DNA of 64,000 nt, taken from an uncultured Candidatus Micrarchaeota archaeon (lineage in GTDB: Archaea > Micrarchaeota > Micrarchaeia > Anstonellales > Bilamarchaeaceae). Position 1 is the first letter of the stretch, and every line of letters starts with the position of its first letter. The translations under genes and the position numbers were made by a program. Below the pieces are notes generated by a model. That model did no database searches, had not been told where the DNA came from, and worked only from the letters and a program-made list of their open reading frames with translations. Positions 29,977 through 38,888 of this stretch are shown piece after piece. The stretch covers positions 704,001 through 768,000 of the forward strand of contig OY970229.1 of assembly GCA_963714085.1 (NCBI GenBank), in the 5' to 3' direction.

Positions 29977-30741
29977 ATGCCAGTGATACTTTTCACAAGG
30001 AGCAACGAGGCTAGCATCGCTATCGCGAAGAGGATGAGCGAAATCGCTCCGCATCCGGAAATCGAGCCAGTGGACGCCGGATCGGACAGCGCAATCAGCG
30101 TTCCGACCGATTTCGACACGGACTGCATAATCGTCCTTAGCCCGCACAGGAGCAAATCCGGCACCCCGGTGCTCACTGCGCACTTCCCGGGGAACTGGGA
30201 CAAGGCGGACATGGGCGGCAGGCCGAGGACGCTGAATATCGCCCACGGGGCGCTGCTGAAGACAATCGTCAGGGAGCTGGACGCCGCGGACAAGAGGCAC
30301 GGCCTTGGCTGGCCGGTATTCATCGAGGCAGACCACCACGGCCCTAGCGCGAAAGTGCCGATGATTTTCGTGGAGATCGGAAGCACGGAGAAGGAATGGA
30401 GGGACGAGAAGGCCGCGTTCGTCGTGGCCGAGGCGGTGGATAATGCGATGAGGAAGGCGAGGGAGCCCGGGGCCCCGGAGACGTTTTTCTGCGTTGGAGG
30501 GGGGCATTACGCGAAGGAGTTCACCAAGCTGGTCCTGGAGCGCGACGACTTCTGCGCCGGCCATATCTGCCCCAAGTACGCCATAGATTCGCTCGAAGAG
30601 GACACATTCAGGCAGGCGATAGAGAAGAGCACCGGGCCCGTGAAGCGCGTTATGGTCCTTAAAGAAGGCAGTAACGCCAGTCAGAAGAAGAAAGTGAGGG
30701 CCCTTTGCGAAAAGTGCGGCGTCGGGTACGAAGAGATCTAA
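29977..30741 (+). CDS. dtdA: Archaeal D-aminoacyl-tRNA deacylase
   Basis: S.H.S, LTAHFPGN, EADHHGP, FVEIGSTE.EW, GGGHYA, GHICPKY. Confidence 0.93.
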   Translation: MPVILFTRSNEASIAIAKRMSEIAPHPEIEPVDAGSDSAISVPTDFDTDCIIVLSPHRSKSGTPVLTAHFPGNWDKADMGGRPRTLNIAHGALLKTIVRELDAADKRHGLGWPVFIEADHHGPSAKVPMIFVEIGSTEKEWRDEKAAFVVAEAVDNAMRKAREPGAPETFFCVGGGHYAKEFTKLVLERDDFCAGHICPKYAIDSLEEDTFRQAIEKSTGPVKRVMVLKEGSNASQKKKVRALCEKCGVGYEEI

Positions 30742-31079
30742 TATCCGAATCTTCGCTCGTAGTCCTTATGGCTGAACCATTCGAGGACAACTGTCAGTAT
30801 GGTTACCTGGTTGGCCCGTACGGTATAAATCAGCCGCCAGCCGTTTGGAAGATCGTATTTCCAAAGGTTGTCAATCTCGTATTTCTTGACGTAATCATCC
30901 GGCCACAGCTTCTTTGAGATCTTGATGCCGCTGAATGGGTCTTTCTTCAAGTCGTCGAAGGCACGATTGAGAAATTCGTACAGATGCGGCTCGGCTCCTT
31001 TCCCTTGTTTGAGCTCGTCAAATGCCCGTTTCAGTTTTTCGTCTGCAAAACCGACCATGGTCTCTTTAGGGGCGTTCAT
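30738..31079 (-). CDS. RelE/ParE-like toxin
   Basis: 113 aa; DPF.G, NLWKYDLPNGWRLIYTV, SHKDYERRFGY; overlaps the upstream gene (ATGA). Confidence 0.6.
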   Translation of the reverse strand: MNAPKETMVGFADEKLKRAFDELKQGKGAEPHLYEFLNRAFDDLKKDPFSGIKISKKLWPDDYVKKYEIDNLWKYDLPNGWRLIYTVRANQVTILTVVLEWFSHKDYERRFGY

Positions 31080-31351
31080 CGGACCATTAAGTTCCTTTTC
31101 ACCACGTCTTCAACGCCCTTTGGATTCCAAATCCAGACCACCCTGCCGTCTTTTCTGTCGATGTAAACCTTGTTGGAATTCTCCAGATAATCCAGTATCA
31201 GCAGGAACGTCTGGTACATCATCTGCTTCGGCAGGTGTTTGAGAAGCTCGGCTTTCGTCGGATATTCCCCGGCTTTCTTCAAAGCTTCCTCTACCATCAT
31301 CACGGTGTCTAACCTAGGGTAATGCAGCACCTGCTGAACTGATCTAGTCAT
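31076..31351 (-). CDS. Small winged-helix protein, probable antitoxin/regulator
   Basis: HYPRLDTVMMVE...T..EL...LP..MMYQT...ILDYLE.S.K wHTH pattern; coupled to the RelE-like gene. Confidence 0.6.
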   Translation of the reverse strand: MTRSVQQVLHYPRLDTVMMVEEALKKAGEYPTKAELLKHLPKQMMYQTFLLILDYLENSNKVYIDRKDGRVVWIWNPKGVEDVVKRNLMVR

Positions 31352-31362
31352 GTGATTTTCAC

Positions 31363-31380
31363 CTATATAATATTATATAG
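31363..31380. promoter_or_regulatory. Perfect 18-bp palindrome, probable operator of the TA operon
   Basis: CTATATAATATTATATAG between the minus-strand TATA (~31389-31397) and the ATG at 31351. Confidence 0.55.
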
Positions 31381-31413
31381 CATATAAGTTTATATAACTA
31401 CCTTTTGTTCTGG

Positions 31414-32049
31414 CTATAGCTTCCGGATTATGTTTCCGCGCCCGCGCTTGAACTTCTTCACATGGCCGGATTCCTCCAGCTCGCTCAGGATAAGGCTCAG
31501 CTTCGAATCCGAGAACCTCAGCTCTTCGCCCAGCTCCTTCTGCGTCGCCCTGCCTTCGTGGGACTCGAGCACGGCCAGAACGCTTTTCATGTCGTTGTCC
31601 AGTTCGGTTTTCCTAGGTTCGGGGGCTTTTTCCGTTGATTCCGAAACAGGCATCGAGACCGGTTTCCGGCTGAGATAGAAGAATGCCAGCAGGATTCCAA
31701 GGACGAGCAAGCCTCCGACGATGTAAACAACGTATCCATCGCCCACTGGTTTGAGCACGAGGTCCACCCGCTGGTCGTTGCTTCCTACCTTGATCGGTTC
31801 CTCGGCGTAGTAAGCAAGCGCTCCATCCGCGCCGAATGCGCTCGCGGATATGTTGTAATCCCCATCAGGGAGGAAAATCGAGTAGTTGCCCTTGTCCGTT
31901 ACGAGCTGGTAGGTGAATTCCCCATCCACGCTCAAAACGGTTTTGTTCAGCCTCTCCAGGCCGTTCCCGTAGATGTCGCCGAAAACGAAGGCGGCTGAAG
32001 CCGTGGCTGCCAGGAGCGAAAGCGCGAACAGCAGCCGTAAAGGGTTCAT
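31414..32049 (-). CDS. Membrane-anchored protein with C-terminal winged HTH
   Basis: Signal peptide, small beta domain, TM helix, then GRATQKEL...SDSKLSLILSELE..G.VKK.KRGRGNII. Confidence 0.75.
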   Translation of the reverse strand: MNPLRLLFALSLLAATASAAFVFGDIYGNGLERLNKTVLSVDGEFTYQLVTDKGNYSIFLPDGDYNISASAFGADGALAYYAEEPIKVGSNDQRVDLVLKPVGDGYVVYIVGGLLVLGILLAFFYLSRKPVSMPVSESTEKAPEPRKTELDNDMKSVLAVLESHEGRATQKELGEELRFSDSKLSLILSELEESGHVKKFKRGRGNIIRKL

Positions 32050-32142
32050 ACGACGTAGATGGGATTCCCTTATTTATAAAGATATTTTAGAAAGACAATC
32101 TGCCAAAAAGTCTATTTAAATAAGCGAAAACAGGATGATTGC

Positions 32143-32997
32143 GTGATTGAAATGGAAATCAAAAACGTGCTTGTAATAATCCTTTTGGCAATGCTTCTGG
32201 CTGCCGTATTGATTATCGGGTTCGTTGTTGGGACGGGTGACACGAAAGAGAATGCGGCACCCGAGAACGTGAGCGTGAGTCCGGTGATTGTATCGGATAA
32301 CTTAACCGCGTCTGGGGATACGATGCAAAAAAATACCACGCTGATAACCTTGATAGGCACTGCTACGGAAACGGTTCCATATGATACAGCCTCTTTCGAG
32401 GTGGACCTTGCGGTCGTGGACGATTCAGCATGCAGTAACGAATCGGGATTGGAAGAGGTTTATGTGCAGACCGAACAGGAGGTTATTGACATATTAGGCT
32501 CCTACGGCATAAATAAAAGCGACATGAGCACGAAATCATTTTATGAGGGCAGCTGTTCTATTGAACAGGATTTTATCGTCAGAACGGGGGATGTGGAAAA
32601 CCTGACGAGAATGTTCTACGAGCTCAGTAAAAATAACAAGGCCGTTGGCAGTTATTCCGTAAGCATAAGCACTTCCATCTGTCAGCTGGGGCTTAAAGAT
32701 GCGACAAAAAAAGAATTGTCAAGAAAGCTTCGAAGCGAAGCGCTGCAAGATGCCGTTGGAGAGTTCAATTATACATTCGGAGATTCTGGAGAGATAAAGC
32801 AGATAGAAGATCGCGGCCTTGAAACCCGCGACAGCATGGCTTCGAATTATGATCCATATAGCTGTGAGCAGTATAGTTTCGTATATGGTAGTTCCACCCT
32901 GCCGCTGGATGATGTTATGGATTTCGTACCGGAAACCATTGCGGATTATACTGTTTCAGTGGCATACGAAATGGCTGCTGACGAGGTGAATGTATGA
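32143..32997 (+). CDS. SIMPL/DUF541-like exported protein
   Basis: N-terminal TM; ITLIGTA.ETV.YD.A, L.S.GI...D..T, R.EALQDA pattern; AT-richer DNA. Confidence 0.5.
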   Translation: MIEMEIKNVLVIILLAMLLAAVLIIGFVVGTGDTKENAAPENVSVSPVIVSDNLTASGDTMQKNTTLITLIGTATETVPYDTASFEVDLAVVDDSACSNESGLEEVYVQTEQEVIDILGSYGINKSDMSTKSFYEGSCSIEQDFIVRTGDVENLTRMFYELSKNNKAVGSYSVSISTSICQLGLKDATKKELSRKLRSEALQDAVGEFNYTFGDSGEIKQIEDRGLETRDSMASNYDPYSCEQYSFVYGSSTLPLDDVMDFVPETIADYTVSVAYEMAADEVNV

Positions 32998-34418
32998 AAA
33001 ATATTATCGCAATTGCAATGCTCATGCTTGTAATGTTCGCTGGATGCGTTTCGACGCCTTTTGTGCAGCCAGCGGCGCCGGCCAAGGAGCAGGTCGGGGA
33101 ACAGTTGCAGAACGCCACCGTTCCGGGCGCGGAGGAGCTGATAAAAGCGAGCGGCGATGAGAACGTCGGCGTAGTAGAGATATACGCGGAAAAATCCAGC
33201 GGCAAGTGGCTTTTTCCCACGACGGATTACAACGGCCAGTTCGAAACCATGGGGTTGTACAGCTCTGCGTTCGTGATGCTCAATAGAACGCAGATACAGT
33301 GGCTGGGCGATGGCGAATCCATCTGGCTCACCCCCATGATAAGCAATGGGAGTGGTGTGCTGTTCAACGCGGTTTATGAGAACGATGCGGTGAATTGCAC
33401 CTCCGGCCAGATCAGCATCCTTGGCAAGAACTACTCGCTCTCAGACTTCGGCCAAGGAACCGGCTTCCAAGGCGACGACAAATGGAAAATAGAGCGTGAC
33501 CCGAGCACCGGATGCCCGAAAAGGGTCATCATCTACCTGGACGGCTACTTCTACGGCCTGAAGGACAACGAGACCATACCGCTTTTCAGGAACGACAATA
33601 CCATTCTCCTTAAATTCTACGGTTTGGAGGCTTCCGCGGTAGTCGAAGTGATAGGAACGAAACTGCCCGAAGCGCCTCGGATAACCCAGAATGCGAATGG
33701 ACAATCTCAAGACACTTCAATCCAAAATACGAGCAATCAGTCCGTTGAGAGCGCCACAAATGCTGTTGAAACAGATAATACCAATTTCACAGATGAATTC
33801 AGCGAAGAGGTATATAATCTTACGCAGTCAACCGGGTCGGATGGTATGACCTTGCGATTCAATCCACCCGTAGAGGTATGCTCGGATTATAACCCTGCGG
33901 CAATCGGACTGTTAACAGAAGATGACCATGTGCGCATCAACATCAGCGGGCAAGTCTGGGTGATATCAAAGTTAGAAAATGGTCCGAACGATACCAGTCT
34001 TGTTCTTGCGAAAGAAGGAACCGGCGCAGTTCTGCTTGCGAATCAACTGAATCAGAGCGTCCTCCTTGATGGGGATAATTTAACCTTCGAAGATTATGAT
34101 AACCCACAAAACGGGTATCATGGAGCAAATAACATTGAGACATTTAGCTATAGAAATCAGACTTTCGACATGACAGATGGGGAAACGATTCCATTCCAAG
34201 ACGGTTATCTGAGAATCTGGAGCTCTTCCGGCACATATCAATTTGGTCCGTACTATGTCGATCTCTCTTATCTTACTGACCAGATCGATCTTGAGGACCC
34301 GGCGAATAACGTGACTGTCGGTTGGGTGGACTCAAATACGTGTGGAAACATGTCAGTCAGCACAATCTTCGTCCCGCGGAGCAGCCCGATATTCGCGAAC
34401 CTGACCGGAAACGCGTGA
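32994..34418 (+). CDS. Exported lipoprotein-like surface protein
   Basis: Lipobox-like MFAGC; acidic and Asn/Thr-rich; many N-x-S/T sequons. Confidence 0.65.
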   Translation: MKNIIAIAMLMLVMFAGCVSTPFVQPAAPAKEQVGEQLQNATVPGAEELIKASGDENVGVVEIYAEKSSGKWLFPTTDYNGQFETMGLYSSAFVMLNRTQIQWLGDGESIWLTPMISNGSGVLFNAVYENDAVNCTSGQISILGKNYSLSDFGQGTGFQGDDKWKIERDPSTGCPKRVIIYLDGYFYGLKDNETIPLFRNDNTILLKFYGLEASAVVEVIGTKLPEAPRITQNANGQSQDTSIQNTSNQSVESATNAVETDNTNFTDEFSEEVYNLTQSTGSDGMTLRFNPPVEVCSDYNPAAIGLLTEDDHVRINISGQVWVISKLENGPNDTSLVLAKEGTGAVLLANQLNQSVLLDGDNLTFEDYDNPQNGYHGANNIETFSYRNQTFDMTDGETIPFQDGYLRIWSSSGTYQFGPYYVDLSYLTDQIDLEDPANNVTVGWVDSNTCGNMSVSTIFVPRSSPIFANLTGNA

Positions 34419-34481
34419 TAACAATAAAAACATTCCCCACGAACTCTAGAACCAGGCAAGGAACTTTTTCAGGGTGAGAAC

Positions 34482-34817
34482 GTGGATGAAGGGAAAGGAG
34501 GAAGGGGAGAGAAGCCGTCCAAGAGGTTCGAGATTCCGAAACCCGTCGCAGTGGGGGACGAGGTGGACGTCACCATAGAGAGCGTCGGCGGCCAGGGGGA
34601 TGGCATCGCGAAGGTGAGCGGTTTCGTCGTCTTCGTGAAGGGCGCCAAGAAGGACGAGCACATAAAGATCAGGATCACGGACCTGAAAAGGACCTACGCC
34701 ATAGGCGAGAAGGTCGGCGAGGCGTCCGCGCCTGGCGGAGAGCCTTCCGAAGAGCCGGAAAGCGCCGAGGCTGAGGAAGGGGATACTGCAGAAGAAGAGG
34801 ACGAGGGCGACGCGTAG
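34482..34817 (+). CDS. Stand-alone TRAM domain protein with acidic tail
   Basis: PV.VGDE.DVTIE.VG.QGDGIAKV.GFVVFV.GA. Confidence 0.92.
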   Translation: MDEGKGGRGEKPSKRFEIPKPVAVGDEVDVTIESVGGQGDGIAKVSGFVVFVKGAKKDEHIKIRITDLKRTYAIGEKVGEASAPGGEPSEEPESAEAEEGDTAEEEDEGDA

Positions 34818-34871
34818 GCGCGCTCCTTTTTTTTATCTTATCCGCTGTTTTTTGTCAGGCTGGAGAAACGG

Positions 34872-35069
34872 CTACCCTTTCGGTGCAGTTGCTGCCAGAG
34901 CGCCACCGGCGAAGACCAGACCCATACCGCCTACGAGCACCATTCCGGATGTAAACCCTGAGCCTGCAGTCGCGTTGATAGTACCGGGCAAGAGAGTGCT
35001 TGCCATTGCACCGAGGCCTGCAGCTACTCCAGCCCATCCGAGCGTTCCTTGACCGATTAAATTTGCCAT
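34872..35069 (-). CDS. Small Gly/Ala-rich hydrophobic protein (two helices)
   Basis: 65-aa ORF with TATTTAAA about 22 nt upstream of the ATG. Confidence 0.65.
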   Translation of the reverse strand: MANLIGQGTLGWAGVAAGLGAMASTLLPGTINATAGSGFTSGMVLVGGMGLVFAGGALAATAPKG

Positions 35070-35184
35070 AATTAAGTTACCCTTCCGGAGTTTAAATACT
35101 TTTCGGTATCGTCATCAAAACTGGTTTTGCATGGCTGGGGTGGCATGGCGGATGTTTTTAAATTGTTCCATTAATTATACTTTT

Positions 35185-35847
35185 ATGTTAACCGGTAAGG
35201 AGCTCAGGCATGAGAAATTCCGCAGGCTGAAGAAGGCCGCTAAGAAGGTCGCGAGGGAGTTCAAGCCTCCCCTGGTCGGGATAATCCAGGAATACAGGGC
35301 GGACAAGAAGGCAGGAAGGCCCACGCGCTTTTGGAGCGAATGCGGCATCTGGGGGGCGCAGGTTCTCGCGTCGCTTGCGATCAACCGCGCCACCGCCACA
35401 TGTGTCGGCGTGGGCGCATGGGACCCTACTCTCCAGCAGGGATCCGGTCGCATGCTCACAGACGCCAGCCCGACATCGTTGACGGTTTCCGCCGCGATAG
35501 CGAGCTCCATACCACCGCATTATGCGAACCCGGTCCAGGCGCTCGAATACTCGATGTGCATCATCCGCATATGGACTGAGAGGTGGGCATGGAAAAAGAC
35601 CGGGATAACGGGGGATGTGGCGGGCCCGGCCCTCAATCCGTTGACCGCAGGTGCGATTGAGATGACGCTCAAACTCGTGGAGAAGCAGCCGGCTGACGAG
35701 TTCACGAGGCTTATGATAGGTATCAACGGCATATTCGGCAATGCCGTGAGGATGGTGGAGGCCGGCCTGCTGGTTCTCGCGTACCATGGGACCAAGAGAT
35801 GGCACAGGAAACACGAGGCGCCTTCAGAACAACAGCCTGCGTCCTGA
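35185..35847 (+). CDS. Hypothetical protein
   Basis: ORF; TATA (ttttaaa) about 25 nt before ATG 35185; no recognisable motif. Confidence 0.55.
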   Translation: MLTGKELRHEKFRRLKKAAKKVAREFKPPLVGIIQEYRADKKAGRPTRFWSECGIWGAQVLASLAINRATATCVGVGAWDPTLQQGSGRMLTDASPTSLTVSAAIASSIPPHYANPVQALEYSMCIIRIWTERWAWKKTGITGDVAGPALNPLTAGAIEMTLKLVEKQPADEFTRLMIGINGIFGNAVRMVEAGLLVLAYHGTKRWHRKHEAPSEQQPAS

Positions 35848-35857
35848 CAAAAGGGCC

Positions 35858-36988
35858 TCACTTGTAGTGGATGCGGTTGAGAAGCACTACCGCCAAAAGC
35901 ACGCCCACCAGCCCCAGGCTCAGCGCTACCGTACGGATGGTTTCCGTGCTGAAGGCGAGCGACGGCCGCGAATCCGAGGGCGATGAGGGCCCTCCCAGCT
36001 CAGTGGTGTTGCCCGAATACGAAAGCATCCTGGAAAGGAGCTCCTGCTGGAAAGAGTGGTTGTCACCGAAAAACGACTCCTCCTCTAGCGAGAGCGTGTT
36101 CTCCCCGATGCCCTGGTACGAATAGTTGAAGCCGTAGAGGTAGGCATAGGTGAAGTTGTCGTGCGCCAATGCCGTCGGCGTGTTGAAGGCCTGGTAGCCT
36201 GCGACGCCGCCAGCAGGTCCGAGCGGGACCGAGACCACGTGCCATGCGCCGTAGCTGTCGTTGGTGACGTTGAACGCGTAGAGCCGGAACTGGTAGGACT
36301 GATCTCCGGGACCGGTGATCGCGCCCTTGTAGACCCTGGAGTCGGAGAAAAGGACGGTGTCGAACTCGTTGTCCATGTACCACTGCTCGCCCAGGACCGG
36401 CGCGCTGAGGAAGAAAAGCGTGCGGTTCCCCTCCACGGTCCAGTTCATGGCATCCGTGACGACCAGTGAGGAATTCGCGGAGCAGCCGGGCGCCTGGTCG
36501 CCGTAGAGGAAGTCGAAGGTCGCGTTGATCCGCACCTGCAGCGGGTCCATGCCGCTGGTGTTCGCCATGGCCGCGACTATGTCCTGCGGCACGGGGACGA
36601 CGTTTGAATCCGTGACCACGACATCGCTGGCATTCTGGAAGGCGAAGCTCACCGCGGCAGAGCGTGACACGGACGGCTGGGTGCAGTTGCCGCCCGGAGC
36701 CAGCTGGGCGCCGGCTCCCCAGGCGAAGATCAGGATGGACGAGGCTGGGTAGGTCGCATTGTCCACCGAGGGCTCCATTGCCACCAGCTTCACGGACGCG
36801 GCCATCGTGCTTAGGACCGTGCCGTTGAGATCCACGGTGCCGTTGACCCCGATGGCTGGCATGTAGGAATCGTTCAAAGACGCCGCGATGGCGAGGTTGT
36901 GCGCAGTGACATTGGCCAATGGCGGGTCGCTGTAGAGCGCGCTGAAGGCCGTGGAAAGCAGGAGCAGGAGAACGATCGCCGTCCGCAT
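35858..36988 (-). CDS. Exported protein with C-terminal TM anchor
   Basis: Signal peptide, many N-x-S/T sequons, C-terminal hydrophobic helix. Confidence 0.75.
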   Translation of the reverse strand: MRTAIVLLLLLSTAFSALYSDPPLANVTAHNLAIAASLNDSYMPAIGVNGTVDLNGTVLSTMAASVKLVAMEPSVDNATYPASSILIFAWGAGAQLAPGGNCTQPSVSRSAAVSFAFQNASDVVVTDSNVVPVPQDIVAAMANTSGMDPLQVRINATFDFLYGDQAPGCSANSSLVVTDAMNWTVEGNRTLFFLSAPVLGEQWYMDNEFDTVLFSDSRVYKGAITGPGDQSYQFRLYAFNVTNDSYGAWHVVSVPLGPAGGVAGYQAFNTPTALAHDNFTYAYLYGFNYSYQGIGENTLSLEEESFFGDNHSFQQELLSRMLSYSGNTTELGGPSSPSDSRPSLAFSTETIRTVALSLGLVGVLLAVVLLNRIHYK

Positions 36989-36992
36989 GGGC

Positions 36993-38888
36993 TCACAGTA
37001 CCTCGTCGAGCTGCTCGAGCGTGATGAACCTGAACGTGCCGTTGGCCATCCTTATGCGCAATGCCGCCAGCGACTTCGCGTCCATGGCGTCGAGTATGGA
37101 GGACATCTCCCGCTGGTCCTCTATGACCGCGGCAGCGTTCTTCGTGAACTTGTCCCCGAAGAAGCCTATCTCCATCCTGTCGGTCACGAAGTGCCTGCCC
37201 CGCATCCTGAAGGCCACGCCTGCCTGGATGAGCCGGTCCCGTATCATGCGGACCATGGCGTTGCGCTTCACGTCGCCTTCGCCCTTGAGCTGGTAGTGCT
37301 GCCTGTAGGACTCCAGGAAGCCCTTGCGCACCAGCCGCTGAAGGATCTCCTCGACGTTGCCGTCCGTGACGTCTGCGCCGTCGGTGACGAACCGCTTGAG
37401 CGCCACGGAGTACTCGTGCGCGGTTATCGGGCTGTGGCCGATGCCGAGCTCCTTTCGAGCGGACTTGAAGAGCGAGAGCGCGGTGTCCACGCCCATCCCG
37501 ACGTCCTTCCTGATCTCCCCGACGGTCTCGCCCACCCTGAGGACGTAGACCGGCCTGCGGGTCATCCTGGCGCCGAAGTAGATGAGCACGACGAGGATCA
37601 GGCAGGGTATCCCGTAGGTGATGTAGACGCCCTCGAGGGAGAGCTGCGAATACCCTACGCTTACGTCCCTTTCCGTGCCTAGCAGCGACATGTGGAACGT
37701 GTTGTTGCCCTGCTGGAGCTGGGCCGGGACCATGAGCACGCCTTCGGACACGTAGAACTCCTTCTCCAGGGTCGAGTTGCCGAGGTGGACCGTGGCCTCC
37801 TCGTTGTCCACCGGCGCGCCGTCCACGGTCACGTTGAACAGGTACGACACGCCCTCCTGGCCCAGGTAGCCTATCTCCAGGTCCTTGACATGGATGATCC
37901 CGCCCCCGAGCACGCCCGAATCATCCGATATGAGCAGGATGTTGTCGCCAGGCTCGCTGAGCTGGATCCGTTCCGGGAAATAGTTCGTCTCCGTGACGCT
38001 GCCGAGGTCCTTGGTGTAGACCACGGCCCCTTCGTCGGTGACGTTCATAACCGCGTCCCCGAATGTCTGGCCCAGGGAGAACGAGATGTCGCATTTCTCC
38101 CATGGGAAGAGCGACTGCGGGGAGATGTCCACGGCTATTTTAGGCGCAGGCAACCGGCCCGAGTCCACGAAACCTTCCTGGCCGTCGGTCACCGCTATGG
38201 CGCGCAGGTATTCCGAACCGTTCATGTCAAGCGAGTAGGTCTGCATGCCATTGCCGGAGACCAGGGCGTTCGCCCTTTGGGCCACGGCCCAGCTGTTCTC
38301 CAGGATGTCGTTCCGCAGCGAGAGGTTGGCGTCCACGAACTCGTCCGGGCTCTTGTCGTAGAGGACGACCCTGGCCCTCTGCGACGCATTGAGCTCTGAG
38401 TACCAGTCTTCCTGGGTCACGCCGTTGCCGAGCACGAGGTCGGGCTTGCCGACATAGACTATCACGGCGTCTGTGGTTCCGTAGCGCAGGTCCTCCAGGA
38501 TGTAGTATGGCATGGCGCCGGTCGCAGCCACGACAACGGTCCCGTTGACGAGCATCTCAGCGCCGGTCACCGAGACGTTCATGCCGTAGTCCTCGAGCGG
38601 CATGAGGTCCTGGACGAAAGGCGATACGTTCCCCGGCGCGGCCGAGTCGTTGAATATCACGACGCGGGCGAGCGGGGGGGACAGGTACGAGAGCAGGGTG
38701 ACGTTGACGGTGCCGTTCAGGTCCAGATACGCGTAGCCGTAATCCCCGGCGCGACCGAGCCCGGTTATCGTGAAGTATCCGCTCCCGTTGCCGGCCGCTG
38801 CCGGCTGGCTGGGAGGCGCGAAAAGCGCGAGCACTGTTATTGCTGCGGCGGCGATCAGGATTGCCAGCACCGCGTACCTGAGTTTCAT
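36993..38888 (-). CDS. Membrane protein: large extracellular domain, TM helix, cytoplasmic wHTH-like tail
   Basis: N-terminal signal/TM, TM at YGIPCLILVVLIYFGA, C-terminal helical region ..GNVEEILQRLVRKGFL.. Confidence 0.7.
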   Translation of the reverse strand: MKLRYAVLAILIAAAAITVLALFAPPSQPAAAGNGSGYFTITGLGRAGDYGYAYLDLNGTVNVTLLSYLSPPLARVVIFNDSAAPGNVSPFVQDLMPLEDYGMNVSVTGAEMLVNGTVVVAATGAMPYYILEDLRYGTTDAVIVYVGKPDLVLGNGVTQEDWYSELNASQRARVVLYDKSPDEFVDANLSLRNDILENSWAVAQRANALVSGNGMQTYSLDMNGSEYLRAIAVTDGQEGFVDSGRLPAPKIAVDISPQSLFPWEKCDISFSLGQTFGDAVMNVTDEGAVVYTKDLGSVTETNYFPERIQLSEPGDNILLISDDSGVLGGGIIHVKDLEIGYLGQEGVSYLFNVTVDGAPVDNEEATVHLGNSTLEKEFYVSEGVLMVPAQLQQGNNTFHMSLLGTERDVSVGYSQLSLEGVYITYGIPCLILVVLIYFGARMTRRPVYVLRVGETVGEIRKDVGMGVDTALSLFKSARKELGIGHSPITAHEYSVALKRFVTDGADVTDGNVEEILQRLVRKGFLESYRQHYQLKGEGDVKRNAMVRMIRDRLIQAGVAFRMRGRHFVTDRMEIGFFGDKFTKNAAAVIEDQREMSSILDAMDAKSLAALRIRMANGTFRFITLEQLDEVL

